This document shows positions 18,681-28,598 of a stretch of DNA of 64,000 bases, in pieces. Within the stretch, counting starts at the first letter, position 1. Every line of letters begins with the position of its first letter. The stretch lies in NCBI GenBank assembly GCA_041687695.1, contig JAWLBL010000032.1, positions 29,174 through 93,173 on the forward strand, written 5' to 3'. Made by a program: the position numbers and the translations under genes. Under the pieces are notes generated by a model. It was not told the DNA's origin and made no database searches. It saw only the letters and a program-made list of their open reading frames with translations. The stretch is from Myxococcota bacterium. GTDB taxonomy: Bacteria > Myxococcota_A > UBA9042 > PHBI01 > JAWLBL01.

Positions 18681-19784
18681 TCAGGCCTGGCCGAGCCGCT
18701 GCAGCAACAGCCGCGCCTCGGCGGCCAGCGGGATCTCGCCCGCCCAGGGGCGCCCCGCGTGATCGGCCGCCGCCCCCCGCAGCCGCGCGACCCGCGCCCG
18801 GGCCCGCACCACCGCCTGCCGCGCCTCGGCCGAGCGCTCGACCGCACGCACCAGCGCCTCGCGCACCGCCTCGGCGCGCTCGAGATCCCGGCACGGCAAC
18901 AGCACGTCCACGGTCGCGGCCAAGGCCCCCTCGGCCATCTCCTCGGGCGAGAAGCGCTCGGCCACCGCCGCCATGTCCAGGTCGTCCGAGAACACGACGC
19001 CGTCGTAGGCCAGCTCGCCCCGCAGCAGCCGCGGCAGGATGTGCGGCGACAGCGTGGCCGGCCGCGTCGGGTCCAGCGCCGGGAACAGGACGTGCGCGCT
19101 CATCAGCGAGGGGATCCCGGCCCGCGCCGCGGCCTCGAAGGGGACGAGCTCGACCGCGCGCAGGCGCGCGAGGTCGTGGGGCAGGCTCGGCGCCGCCACG
19201 TGGCTGTCCTCGGAGGTGTCGCCGTGGCCCGGGAAGTGCTTGCCGCAGGCCAGGACCTGCGCGTCGGCCAGCCCTGCGGCCAGGGCCAGCCCGTGGCGCG
19301 CCACCTCGTCGGGCGTCGTCGCGAACGCGCGCGCGCCGATGATGGGGTTGGCGGGGTTCGAGTCGACGTCGAGCACCGGGGCGAAGTCCAGGTTGAACCC
19401 CAAGGCCGCGATCTGGGCGCCCATGATGCGCCCGACGGCTCGCGTCAGCGCGGGATCGGCGGCGCGCCCCACGGCCCGCATGGCCGGCATGCGGGCCACG
19501 TCCGGGCAGGTGGGCGCCCGCAGGCGCTGCACCGGCCCACCCTCTTGATCGACGGTGATCAGCGGGGTCGGCGCCTCGCGCGGCCACAGCGCGCGCAGCT
19601 GCCGCGTCAGGGCCGCCGCCTGGGCCGTGTCGACCACGTTGCGCCCGAACAGGATGACCCCGGCCGGCCGCCCCGCCGCGAAGAAGCGGCGCAGCGTGTC
19701 CGAGGGCTCGGTCCCATCGAACCCGACGACGAACAGCTCGGAGACCTCGGCGGTGGTGGGGGTCATGGGCTCGACCTTAGCCAC
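18681..19784 (-). CDS. nagZ: Beta-N-acetylhexosaminidase (GH3)
   Basis: DQEGGPVQR, FAPVLDV, KHFPGHGDT...DSH and SDDLDM. Confidence 0.92.
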   Translation of the reverse strand: MAKVEPMTPTTAEVSELFVVGFDGTEPSDTLRRFFAAGRPAGVILFGRNVVDTAQAAALTRQLRALWPREAPTPLITVDQEGGPVQRLRAPTCPDVARMPAMRAVGRAADPALTRAVGRIMGAQIAALGFNLDFAPVLDVDSNPANPIIGARAFATTPDEVARHGLALAAGLADAQVLACGKHFPGHGDTSEDSHVAAPSLPHDLARLRAVELVPFEAAARAGIPSLMSAHVLFPALDPTRPATLSPHILPRLLRGELAYDGVVFSDDLDMAAVAERFSPEEMAEGALAATVDVLLPCRDLERAEAVREALVRAVERSAEARQAVVRARARVARLRGAAADHAGRPWAGEIPLAAEARLLLQRLGQA

Positions 19785-19802
19785 GCCGCCGCGGCCGTCA
19801 CC

Positions 19803-21674
19803 TCAGGGGGTGCCACCGAGGCGGATGATGGCGTCGCGGATGGCCTCGGCGTCCGGGGCGCTGGGCATCAGCGACGTGTACTTCTTGTAGGCCGTGACCG
19901 CGCCCTTGGTGTCGCCCTGCACCTGCTTCAGCTGCCCGATGAGCTTCCAGGCGGGGGCGTAACCCTTGCTGGCGGCCTGCTGATAGAGCTGCAGCGCCTG
20001 CGAGGGGTTGCTGTTGTGGACGGAGCGGCCCTCGCGGTACAGGTCCTTGGCGGACTTGCCCGAGTCGGCGGCGGGCTTGTCCTCGACCGGCGGCTTGGGC
20101 TTGTCGGGCGGCTTGGGCTTGTCGTCTTTTTTGACCACCGGCTCCTTGCCCTCGACATCCGCGGCCTGCTGACCGCGCCGTGCCTGAGCCTTGAGCGACT
20201 TGGCCGCCTGGTGCTCGGGGTCGATGGCCAGCGCCTTGTCGGCGTAGTCGATGGCGCGGGTCCAGCCCTTCGAGCGCAGCTCGGAGGTGCCCTTGGCCAC
20301 GAGGTCGTTCAGGTAGTTCAGCCGGACGGCCTTCTTGAGCTCCGCCAGCCGGTTGTAGTACTTGCTGTCCTCGCTGACGTCGGACGCCTCCTGGTACAGC
20401 CCCCAGGCCGTCTCGAAGTCGCCCTCTTTGGCCGCCGCGTCGATCTTGGCCAGCAGATCCTGGTTGGCCTTCTCGCTGGCCACCTTGGCCACGCCGCCCT
20501 TGGCGTCCGGATGGTCCGGGAACTTCCCGGCCAGCTCCGTGTAGGCGGCCGTCGCCTCGTCCCAGCGCTCGTTCTTGAGGTGCTCGCGCGCCAGCTGCGC
20601 CAGCGGGGCGGGGTCGTCGGCGGTGGCCGGCTTGGGATCGACCAGGGCCTCGCGCGGCGCCTCGTCGGGCTGCTTGGCCTCGACCTTGGGGTCCTCGGCG
20701 CCCGCCTGGGCGCTCGCCTGCCCCCCGTTGTCGTTGGAGGGCTCGACGGTCTCGTTGCCGGCCTGCTTGCCGCCGCCGAGCACGACGTTGTCGTTCTGCG
20801 AGTACCACCAGAAGCCGCCGACGCCGCCGGCCGCGAGCAGCAGCACCACGAAGATCACCAGCGGCGCCTTGCTCTTCTTCTTTTCGCCCGGCTCGAGCGA
20901 CGGGTCGGTGTCCTCGGGCGTGTAGACGAAGGTCTCGCCCGCGTCGACGTAGCGCAGCCGGACGTGACCGAGCTCGATGATGTCGCCGCGGCGCAGCACC
21001 GACTGGTTGTAGTACTCGTCGTTGACCTTGAGCCCGTTGGCGCTCTCGAGGTCGTACAGGACGTACCGGCCGCCCTCGCTCACGATCTTGGCGTGGTTGC
21101 GGCTGATGGACCGGTGGTCGACCACGACGTCGTTGTCGCTGGTGCGGCCGATGGTCAGGGAGTCGCCGACCAGCGGGTACTGCGTGCCCGCGAGGTTGGT
21201 CGAGATCGCGACCAGCGACGGGTGCTCGGAGCCGAGGCGCTTTTTCGTGCGCGCGGCCTCGCGCGCCTGCAGCTCGGCCACGTTGACGATCGACGTCTCG
21301 CCGCCGCCGCCCTTGGGCCGGGCCGACTTCTTGGCCGGCTTGGCCTTGGCCTCGGCGGTCGCGGGGGCGGCCTTGGCCGAAGCGTCCCCGGCCGCCAGGA
21401 CCTCGATCTCGTAGTCGCCGATCTGGACGATGTCGCCGCCGGCGAGGGGCCGCACCTCGGTCATGCGCTGGCCGTTCACGCGCGTGCCGTAGCGGCTCAT
21501 GTCCTCGAGGAAGACCTTCTCGCCGTTGGTCAGGAACCTGGCGTGGGAGCGCGACACGTTCCGCTCGGTCAGGCGGATCGTGTTGCCCTCCTTGCGACCG
21601 ATGGTCAGCTCGTCGCGCGTGAGGGGGACGACCGTCGTCTTCCCCTCGTCATCTCGGATTTGCAGCTTGTACAT
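19803..21674 (-). CDS. Double FHA domain, single-pass membrane protein with periplasmic TPR repeats
   Basis: Two FHA motifs (IGRK...VSRSHA...GTRVNG; IGRT...ISRNHA...NGLKVN), one TM helix, TPR-like C-terminus. Confidence 0.88.
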   Translation of the reverse strand: MYKLQIRDDEGKTTVVPLTRDELTIGRKEGNTIRLTERNVSRSHARFLTNGEKVFLEDMSRYGTRVNGQRMTEVRPLAGGDIVQIGDYEIEVLAAGDASAKAAPATAEAKAKPAKKSARPKGGGGETSIVNVAELQAREAARTKKRLGSEHPSLVAISTNLAGTQYPLVGDSLTIGRTSDNDVVVDHRSISRNHAKIVSEGGRYVLYDLESANGLKVNDEYYNQSVLRRGDIIELGHVRLRYVDAGETFVYTPEDTDPSLEPGEKKKSKAPLVIFVVLLLAAGGVGGFWWYSQNDNVVLGGGKQAGNETVEPSNDNGGQASAQAGAEDPKVEAKQPDEAPREALVDPKPATADDPAPLAQLAREHLKNERWDEATAAYTELAGKFPDHPDAKGGVAKVASEKANQDLLAKIDAAAKEGDFETAWGLYQEASDVSEDSKYYNRLAELKKAVRLNYLNDLVAKGTSELRSKGWTRAIDYADKALAIDPEHQAAKSLKAQARRGQQAADVEGKEPVVKKDDKPKPPDKPKPPVEDKPAADSGKSAKDLYREGRSVHNSNPSQALQLYQQAASKGYAPAWKLIGQLKQVQGDTKGAVTAYKKYTSLMPSAPDAEAIRDAIIRLGGTP

Positions 21675-22238
21675 GGTGTTCCCGACGACTCGAAGCTGAA
21701 GCCGACCGACCCACGAGATTCGCGCGTCCAGCGAGACATGACGGCGCAACCTCACGACTCGTTAGCAGATTGCCGGCTCGATGACAAGGCGACGGGGAGC
21801 GCTCCGGACGTGGTCGTCGCTCCCCGTCCGAGGCCCGCCGACGTGGCCTGCTCGGCGCCGGACCGCCACGAAACGTGACAACGCGGCACGGAGGGCCCCT
21901 CGGCCCGACGCGGGCGCGACAGATTGGCAAACGGCGCCCGAGCGCCCCGACTTTTCGGCAACTTGCTCGGCAGGGTGGCGACTCGGCGCGCTCGCACAGC
22001 CCCGGCGACGCCGCGGAGTCGCCGCGCAGATCGGTACGCGGGCTGGTGCGTCCCACGGCCCATGAACGCGCGCCCTGCACGTCCCGCGAGCCGCTCCGGG
22101 AACCTGTCCCACGCCGTGTCGTCCGTGACACACGTGGGTCGTCCCATGACGCGGCCCGGCTGCGTCCGCTGCGGCGCCGACGGGGACGCGGGGCGCAGCC
22201 CCTGTGAGATCGGAGCGCGCGCGCGCGACGAGGACGTC

Positions 22239-22254
22239 TGGCACGGAAATTGAA
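22239..22254 (+). promoter_or_regulatory. Candidate sigma-54 (-24/-12) promoter
   Basis: TGGCACG-GAAA-TTGAA; -24 box perfect, -12 box TTGA instead of TTGC; upstream of the ECF sigma gene. Confidence 0.55.
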
Positions 22255-22307
22255 TTTCCTGGCAGCGAGGAAGCATCCAAGGCACCGCCCCAACGCGGAG
22301 AGGAACC

Positions 22308-22895
22308 ATGGCCGGAACCACGACTGAGAACACGACGCGCAAGGCCTTCGAGCGTGAAGCCCTCGTGCACCTCGACGACCTCTACGGGGCGGCCCTCCGC
22401 ATGACGCGCAACGCCGCCGAGGCCGAGGACCTCGTTCAGGAGGCGCTGTTGCGCGGCTGGAAGAGCTGGGACCGCTTCCGCGAGGGCACCAACTGCCGCG
22501 CCTGGATCTTCCGCATCCTGGTCAACACCTTCATCAACGGCTACCGCCGACGCCGCACCGAGCGCGACTTCCTCGACCAGAAGAGCGACAACACGCTGGC
22601 CGACGGCGAGTGGCTGCGGCAGTCCAACCGGACCTGGTCGGACCCCGAGGTCAGCTACGAGGCGACCCACCTGTCGCCCACGGTCGAGCAGGCGCTCGAG
22701 AGCCTGCGCCCCGAGTTCCGCGTCGTCGTGGTCCTCTCGGATCTGCAGGACTTCTCGTACAAGGAGATCGCCGAGATCGTCGGCTGCCCCATCGGCACCG
22801 TGATGTCGCGCCTGTTCCGCGCCCGCCGCGCGCTACGCGAGATGCTGACCGAGCACGCCCGGGCCCAGGGGCTGCACCTGCGCGCCGTCGGCTGA
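22308..22895 (+). CDS. ECF RNA polymerase sigma factor (SigH/SigR-like), no adjacent anti-sigma
   Basis: AEDLVQE...[42 protein letters not shown]. Confidence 0.95.
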   Translation: MAGTTTENTTRKAFEREALVHLDDLYGAALRMTRNAAEAEDLVQEALLRGWKSWDRFREGTNCRAWIFRILVNTFINGYRRRRTERDFLDQKSDNTLADGEWLRQSNRTWSDPEVSYEATHLSPTVEQALESLRPEFRVVVVLSDLQDFSYKEIAEIVGCPIGTVMSRLFRARRALREMLTEHARAQGLHLRAVG

Positions 22896-22930
22896 CCCCC
22901 GCGCTCGTCGACGCCGGCCTCTGAACGACG

Positions 22931-22964
22931 AAGGGGCGGGATCCAAAGCGGGTCCCGCCCCTTT
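22931..22964. terminator. Intrinsic terminator, probably bidirectional
   Basis: AAGGGGCGGGATCC-AAAGC-GGGTCCCGCCCCTTT between convergent genes. Confidence 0.75.
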
Positions 22965-23015
22965 CGCGTCCGTGGAGGCCCTGCGTAGCTCGCTACGCCG
23001 AGCGCGACATCTGGA

Positions 23016-26000
23016 TCACGCCCGCGCTCGGCGTCTCCGAGCCAGCGCCAGCAGCGAAAGCGCCGCCAGCCAGGCCACCGGCGTCGCGTCGCCGCCCTCG
23101 CAGCCGCCGCCCTTGGGCTTGGGCTTGGGCTCGGGCGCCGTGTCCCCGCCGACCGTCTCGGCGGGGCCGGTGGTGTCGTCGCCCACATCGTCGGTCGGGC
23201 CGGCGTCCGGCTGGCCGCCCGCGTCGGGCTCGGGGTCGGGCTGGGGCTTGGTCCCGCCGCCGGTCCACGTCTTGTAGGGCGTCGGGCTGGTCTCGTAGTT
23301 GTTGGTGTTGTGCGGGTCGTGCCCGAACCCGTTCCACTCGAAGATGCTGCCGGTCTCGCCCTCGGTGTTCCACGCGAAGAGCCAGCCGTCGCGCGTGGTC
23401 ACGGCCGCCTCGAACTTGCCGTCGCCGTCGAGCTCGCCGACCGCCACCGAGGCGATGATCCAGCCGCCGGTCTGCTTGGGCCAGCCCTCCGGCTCGGTGC
23501 CCTCGTAGTTCCAGGCGCGGACCAGGTAGCCACCCGAGCCGACGATCACCTCGGGGTCGCGGTCGTTGTCGATGTCGACGATGGTCGGCGTGTTGAAGAA
23601 CTGCCAGTCGTCGTGCTTGCGCGGGAAGCCCACCATCATCTTGCCGGTGTCGGTGTCCCAGCCCGACAGGTGGTGGTCGAACTCGCCGCGCTCGCCGCCG
23701 CCCGCGAAGGCCAGCGCGAAGTTGAAGCCGGCCGTGCCCTTGACGAAGTCCAGGCCGCCGTCCGGGTCGATGTAGCCGATGGCGCCGTTGTTCATCAGGA
23801 TGTAGGCCGGCGAGTCGGTCGAGTCGCTCTTGGCGCCGTAGTTGGCGTTGTCCATCTTCTTCCAGATCGACCCGTCGTGGTTGAAGAACCAGCCCTGGGT
23901 CGAGATGGTGTCGAAGCTGATCTCGAGGTCGCCGTCGTAGTCGAGGTCGGCCATGATCGGGCTCGAGACGACGCCGCGGCCGACGATGGGCAGCACGTTG
24001 ACCATCAGGCCGTAGATGGGCTGCGGCCAGCCGGGCAGGATCTGGCCGGTCTTGCCGTCGAGCAGGTAGACGCGGGCCTCGTTCTGGGCGTCCGAGGCGC
24101 CGAAGGCCTCGCTGGTGCCGACGGCGATCTCGACGTCGCCGTCGCCGTCCACGTCGCCCACGGCCGGCGTGCAGACGATGCGATCGCCCAGCTCGGCCGC
24201 CGGCTTGGAGCCGACGCGGACGGGGTAGGGGGCCATCGGCTCGCCGTTGGCGTGCCAGACGTACAGGTGCTGGTCCATGGCGGCGACCAGGATCTCGAGG
24301 CCGGGCTGTCCGTCGAGATCGACCAGCACCGGCGCGGCCATGAAGCCGCTGTCGGTCACGAAGTTCTTGCCCTTGTTGGTGTTCAGGCTCCAGTCGATCG
24401 CCTGGGGCCAGCCCTCCTTCAGCACGCCGTCGTTGCCGTAGACGTAGACCCATCCGTCTATGGTCGCGCTGACGATCTCGAGGGTGCCGTCGCCGTCGAG
24501 GTCGCCCACCGCCGGGCCGAACATCAGCGTCTGGCCCACCTCGACGTCGACCGTGCCGACCTGGGCGATGCACCCGGTCTTGTCGGTGCGGAAGGCGCAC
24601 GAGTTGCGGACGTTGGTCGCGTTGGACGGGCTGACCGAGCGGCGGACGTCGACCTTGACCGGGAAGCCCGGCGCCTCGGAGCCGTCGGCGTTGAAGGCGT
24701 GGATGGTGCCGTCGGCCAGGGCGACGACCAGCTCCTCGTCGTCGTCGCCGTCCAGGTTGGCGAAGACGGGTGACGCCTCGCCCGAGCCGCCGAGGTCGAT
24801 GGGGAAGCCCGGGAGCAGCGTGGGGTCGCGCTCGAGCAGGAAGCCCTTGCGGTGCTCGGCGGTGACCGCGGTGCCGTCGGCGAGCTTGCCCGTCGCGCGC
24901 AGCCGCAGCGTCACCGCGTTCTGGTGCGGGTCTTCGAGCTTGCGGTCGAGGTCGAGGGCGATCTCGGTCAGGTCCCAGCTGGCCAGCGTGCCCTCGACGC
25001 CCTCGGTCGTGCCCTTGGCGATCTCGACGAAGCCGTCGTTGGGCGCGACGCCCAGGGCGTACTCGAGCACCCAGGTGACCTCGTCGTAGCGGGCCGGCTT
25101 GCCGTCACGGCGCACGTTGATGCGCCCGGTGACGTCCACGGTGGGGGTCTTGTCCGGGTAGAGGACCTCGAACCACGACGGCGTCAGGATGTCGACCTCG
25201 GGCGGGATGCGCCCCTCCATCACCGCGTCGACCGTCATGCGGGCGTTGTTGCGGCCGTAGCCGAAGTGCCAGTCCCAGCCGGGCCCCGAGGGGAACTTGG
25301 TCGGGTCGTCGTCGAGCGGGTTCACGTCGATGTCGTCGACGTTCATGATGAGGATCTGCTTGAGCTCCTCGGCCGACAGCGGCGGGTCCAGGTTCGCCTT
25401 CAGGCCGGCGGCGTAGACGAGGCCGGCGTGGCCCGAGGTGATGCCGGTCGCCTCGGACGAGCAGCCGAGGCCCGGGGTCGACAGCAGCAGCTGCATGCCG
25501 AAGTTGGTGCAGTTGTTGAAGTTCAGGAAGGTCGTCGACTGGTCGGCGCTGGCCTTGTCGTACTGGATGGCGTGCACGTAGACCGTGTGGTTGTTCGTGC
25601 CCGGGAAGTTGTGGTGGTAGCTCAGCTCGTCGGCCGCCGACGCGATGACGACGACGTTGTTGTCGTAGGCGTAGTCGATGGCCTGCTTCGAGAACGGCGT
25701 GTTGTTGACCGAGCCGAGCGCCTCCTGGATGACGCTGGCGCCCGAGTCGACGCCGAAGATGACGCCGTGGCCGAAGTCGTTGGCGTCGGCGACGAAGCTG
25801 TCACCGACGCGGACCATGAGCGCCGTGCAGTCGGGGCACACGCCGATGTCGCCGGCGCCGTTGTTGCCCTCGGCGACCGAGTCGCGGGCCTCGCCGTTGC
25901 CGTGGCCGAAGCGGTTGTCGTCGTAGGCGTCGTTGTCGTCGTGGAAGAAGTCCCAGCCGCTGACGTCGTCGGTGTAGCCGTTGCCGTCGTCGTCGACGCC

Positions 26001-26603
26001 GTCCGAGCACTTCAGGATGAGGTCCTGGGGCTCGAACATGCCGTTGCCGTTCACGTCCCAGTCCGGGTGGGCGGCCAGGAAGGCGTCGTCGGCCTGGCGG
26101 TGCTGGGCGATGAGGGTCGCGTCGCCGGGGTCGGCCGGCCAGTAGCGCGCCAGGTAGTCGCGGATGTCGAACCAGCCGCTGCCGTCGACGTCGAAGTCCG
26201 TCGCGCCGGGCGGCGGGTCGTCGAGGGGCTCGGGCTTGCAGCCGGCCAGCTCGCCCGCGTTCAGGTAGTACTTGGCGACGAGGTCCTCGTTGTCCCAGTA
26301 GGCGCCCGAGTCCAGGACGGCGACGATGACGCGGCGGTCGCCGGTGGTGACCTGCCAGGCGCGGTCGGCGTGGATGCCGGTGCCCAGGGCGATCTCCTCG
26401 GTGCGGAACCCCGGCGTGTCGGTCCAGGCCTCGGGCACGTACGACCATAGGTTCCACTGACCGCCGTAGCCGGGATCGTTGGGCGGCGCGAGGCGCGGAT
26501 CCTCGTCCGGGGCGTTGGGCCAGGCGTGGGCGCCGGACGGAGCCAGCGCGATCGCCGACGCCGCGAGGGCGCCGAGCAGCGGGGTCAGCAGGCGGAGGCG
26601 CAT
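23016..26603 (-). CDS. Secreted S8 (subtilisin-like) peptidase with FG-GAP/VCBS repeats and a MYXO-CTERM-like tail
   Basis: Signal peptide; VAVLDSG, HGNGEA and GCSSEATG triad regions; DDDGNGYTDD insert; repeated GDLDGDG-x-EI; C-terminal GGGC...hydrophobic helix...RRRR. Confidence 0.88.
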   Translation of the reverse strand: MRLRLLTPLLGALAASAIALAPSGAHAWPNAPDEDPRLAPPNDPGYGGQWNLWSYVPEAWTDTPGFRTEEIALGTGIHADRAWQVTTGDRRVIVAVLDSGAYWDNEDLVAKYYLNAGELAGCKPEPLDDPPPGATDFDVDGSGWFDIRDYLARYWPADPGDATLIAQHRQADDAFLAAHPDWDVNGNGMFEPQDLILKCSDGVDDDGNGYTDDVSGWDFFHDDNDAYDDNRFGHGNGEARDSVAEGNNGAGDIGVCPDCTALMVRVGDSFVADANDFGHGVIFGVDSGASVIQEALGSVNNTPFSKQAIDYAYDNNVVVIASAADELSYHHNFPGTNNHTVYVHAIQYDKASADQSTTFLNFNNCTNFGMQLLLSTPGLGCSSEATGITSGHAGLVYAAGLKANLDPPLSAEELKQILIMNVDDIDVNPLDDDPTKFPSGPGWDWHFGYGRNNARMTVDAVMEGRIPPEVDILTPSWFEVLYPDKTPTVDVTGRINVRRDGKPARYDEVTWVLEYALGVAPNDGFVEIAKGTTEGVEGTLASWDLTEIALDLDRKLEDPHQNAVTLRLRATGKLADGTAVTAEHRKGFLLERDPTLLPGFPIDLGGSGEASPVFANLDGDDDEELVVALADGTIHAFNADGSEAPGFPVKVDVRRSVSPSNATNVRNSCAFRTDKTGCIAQVGTVDVEVGQTLMFGPAVGDLDGDGTLEIVSATIDGWVYVYGNDGVLKEGWPQAIDWSLNTNKGKNFVTDSGFMAAPVLVDLDGQPGLEILVAAMDQHLYVWHANGEPMAPYPVRVGSKPAAELGDRIVCTPAVGDVDGDGDVEIAVGTSEAFGASDAQNEARVYLLDGKTGQILPGWPQPIYGLMVNVLPIVGRGVVSSPIMADLDYDGDLEISFDTISTQGWFFNHDGSIWKKMDNANYGAKSDSTDSPAYILMNNGAIGYIDPDGGLDFVKGTAGFNFALAFAGGGERGEFDHHLSGWDTDTGKMMVGFPRKHDDWQFFNTPTIVDIDNDRDPEVIVGSGGYLVRAWNYEGTEPEGWPKQTGGWIIASVAVGELDGDGKFEAAVTTRDGWLFAWNTEGETGSIFEWNGFGHDPHNTNNYETSPTPYKTWTGGGTKPQPDPEPDAGGQPDAGPTDDVGDDTTGPAETVGGDTAPEPKPKPKGGGCEGGDATPVAWLAALSLLALARRRRARA

Positions 26604-26683
26604 CGTGGCTCCCGGGTCGGGGGGGACGGCCGACAATCAACAGGAAAGGCGCCCCTGGCGCAAGCCGACTTCCGCCCGATCCG

Positions 26684-26709
26684 GGAACAAACGCAACGTA
26701 CGTTTCGTT
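26684..26709 (+). promoter_or_regulatory. Candidate ECF-sigma promoter upstream of the cyclophilin
   Basis: GGAAC-N17-CGTT. Confidence 0.5.
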
Positions 26710-26788
26710 CGGCGACGCCCGGCGGCGACCGGACGACGGGCGGGGCGTCAGCCGTCGGCGGCCTGGACGATCGAAGCGGGGCCGCGCA

Positions 26789-26817
26789 TTGACGCGATGG
26801 GAGCCCGCCCCTATACA
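26789..26817 (+). promoter_or_regulatory. Candidate sigma-70 promoter upstream of the cyclophilin
   Basis: TTGACG-N17-TATACA. Confidence 0.5.
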
Positions 26818-26855
26818 CCCCGCTCCACCGAACCCGAACCGCGAGAGACCTACCG

Positions 26856-27419
26856 ATGTTCTCAGGCTCGAACCTCAAGCAGATCACGCCGCGCGAGACG
26901 GCCAGCGCCGTCTACGCCGACTTCCAGACCAACCAGGGCTCGTTCCGCATCAAGCTGTTCCACGACAAGGCGCCCAAGACGGTCCAGAACTTCATCGACC
27001 TGGCCGAGGGCACGACCGAGTGGACGCACCCGAAGACCGGGTCCAAGAAGAAGAACACGCCGTTCTACGACGGGATCGTCTTCCACCGGATCATCGAGGG
27101 CTTCATGATCCAGGGCGGCGACCCCAAGGGCGAGGGGACCGGCGGGCCCGGCTACAAGTTCGCCGACGAGTTCCACCCCGAGCTGCGCCACTCGAAGGCG
27201 GGCATCCTGTCGATGGCCAACGCCGGCCCGAACACCAACGGCTCGCAGTTCTTCATCACCCTCGACGCCACGCCGCACCTCGACAACCGCCACTCGGTCT
27301 TCGGCGAGGTCGTCGACGGGATGGACGTGGTCCGCAAGATCGGCAGCGTCGCGACCGGCCCGGGCGATCGCCCCAAGCAGCCGGTCGTCATCGAGAAGCT
27401 GACGATCGTCCGCGAGTAG
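26856..27419 (+). CDS. Cyclophilin-type peptidyl-prolyl cis-trans isomerase
   Basis: FHRIIEGFMIQGGDP, LSMANAGPNTNGSQFFIT and HLDNRHSVFGEV. Confidence 0.97.
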   Translation: MFSGSNLKQITPRETASAVYADFQTNQGSFRIKLFHDKAPKTVQNFIDLAEGTTEWTHPKTGSKKKNTPFYDGIVFHRIIEGFMIQGGDPKGEGTGGPGYKFADEFHPELRHSKAGILSMANAGPNTNGSQFFITLDATPHLDNRHSVFGEVVDGMDVVRKIGSVATGPGDRPKQPVVIEKLTIVRE

Positions 27420-27424
27420 CCGCA

Positions 27425-28075
27425 GTGTCCCCGGGTGAGCTCGCCGCCGCGTCGTCGCGCCGCCGGCCGTTCGTGGTCGGCGCGCTGCTCGCCCTGGCTT
27501 GGCTCGCCTGGGGCTGCGGGCCGCGCGCCAACGAGGGCGCCGACGCGCGCCCCGAGCCGGACGCCACCGACCGGCGCCCCGACGACCGCGGCGAGGTGCA
27601 CTACCACGACACCCGCCTGCCGGTCGGGCCGTTCGTGGCCCACGAGGCGCGCATGGACCTGCACGTGGCCTGCCGCCTCAAGCGCGACGCGGCCCGCGCG
27701 GCCAAGCAGCCCGAGCCCCCGCTGTGTTACGGCGAGGTGACCGACCGCGTGGTGGCCACCGTGCGGGTCGAGCACCGGCCTGGGCTGTCCATGCCGGCCT
27801 TCATGCGGACGCTATCGGCGCGCGACGAGGGGGCCCACTTCGCCATCGAGCCGTCCGGCAGCCTCTACCAGCTGATGGATCTGCGCTTCGCCCCGCGCCG
27901 CGAGGGGGCGATTCGACCCGGCGAAGTCCGTATCCTAAGCGGCAATGCGGCGGTCCACGACCGCCTGGTCGAGGCGCTGCGGCGCCACTTCCCGGGGGTC
28001 GAGGTGCAGATCGTGCCGTTCGAGCCGCCGTCCTCGGCGCCCCCGTCCCCCACCCCCGGAGCGACGACCCCATGA
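27425..28075 (+). CDS. Hypothetical lipoprotein with a fragmentary Amidase_2-like motif
   Basis: GTG start, signal peptide ending AWGC; GAHFAIEPSGSLYQLMD. Confidence 0.6.
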   Translation: MSPGELAAASSRRRPFVVGALLALAWLAWGCGPRANEGADARPEPDATDRRPDDRGEVHYHDTRLPVGPFVAHEARMDLHVACRLKRDAARAAKQPEPPLCYGEVTDRVVATVRVEHRPGLSMPAFMRTLSARDEGAHFAIEPSGSLYQLMDLRFAPRREGAIRPGEVRILSGNAAVHDRLVEALRRHFPGVEVQIVPFEPPSSAPPSPTPGATTP

Positions 28076-28593
28076 CCCCGATCCGCTCCATCCTCGTGGC
28101 CCTGGCCCTGGGCGTCGGCGCCTGCGACGCCTCGACCGTCGCGCCGACCGGCGAGGATCCCTTCCCCGCGGCGACCGTCAACGACTGTGAAGGCCAGCCG
28201 GTCGACCTCCGCGCCTACATCGCCGAGCACGACGTCACGTACGTGACCTTCGGCGCCAAGTGGTGCACGGCCTGTCAGAAGGAGGCGCCGATCATCAACA
28301 GCCAGGTCGTCGACGCGTTCGCGGACCAGTCGGTCGGGGCCGTTCAGATCCTCATCGAGAGCGACCCGGGCGAGGCCCCGCCCCAGGCCTTGTGCGGTGC
28401 CTGGCGCGACGAGCTCGGCGCGCGCTTCGACATCGTCGTCGACGTCGAGCAGGTGACGCTCGAGCCCTTCTTCGGCACCGGCGTGTCGACCCTCCCGCTC
28501 CACCTCGTCGTCACGCGGGACGGCCAGATCCGCCACCGGAACCTGGGCGACATCCCCGCCAACCTGACCACCCTCATCTCGGACTGGCTGTAG
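28072..28593 (+). CDS. Thioredoxin-fold (TlpA/redoxin-like) lipoprotein
   Basis: Lipobox VGAC; AKWCTACQKE; TLPLHLVVTRDGQI. Confidence 0.85.
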   Translation: MTPIRSILVALALGVGACDASTVAPTGEDPFPAATVNDCEGQPVDLRAYIAEHDVTYVTFGAKWCTACQKEAPIINSQVVDAFADQSVGAVQILIESDPGEAPPQALCGAWRDELGARFDIVVDVEQVTLEPFFGTGVSTLPLHLVVTRDGQIRHRNLGDIPANLTTLISDWL

Positions 28594-28598
28594 ACCCC

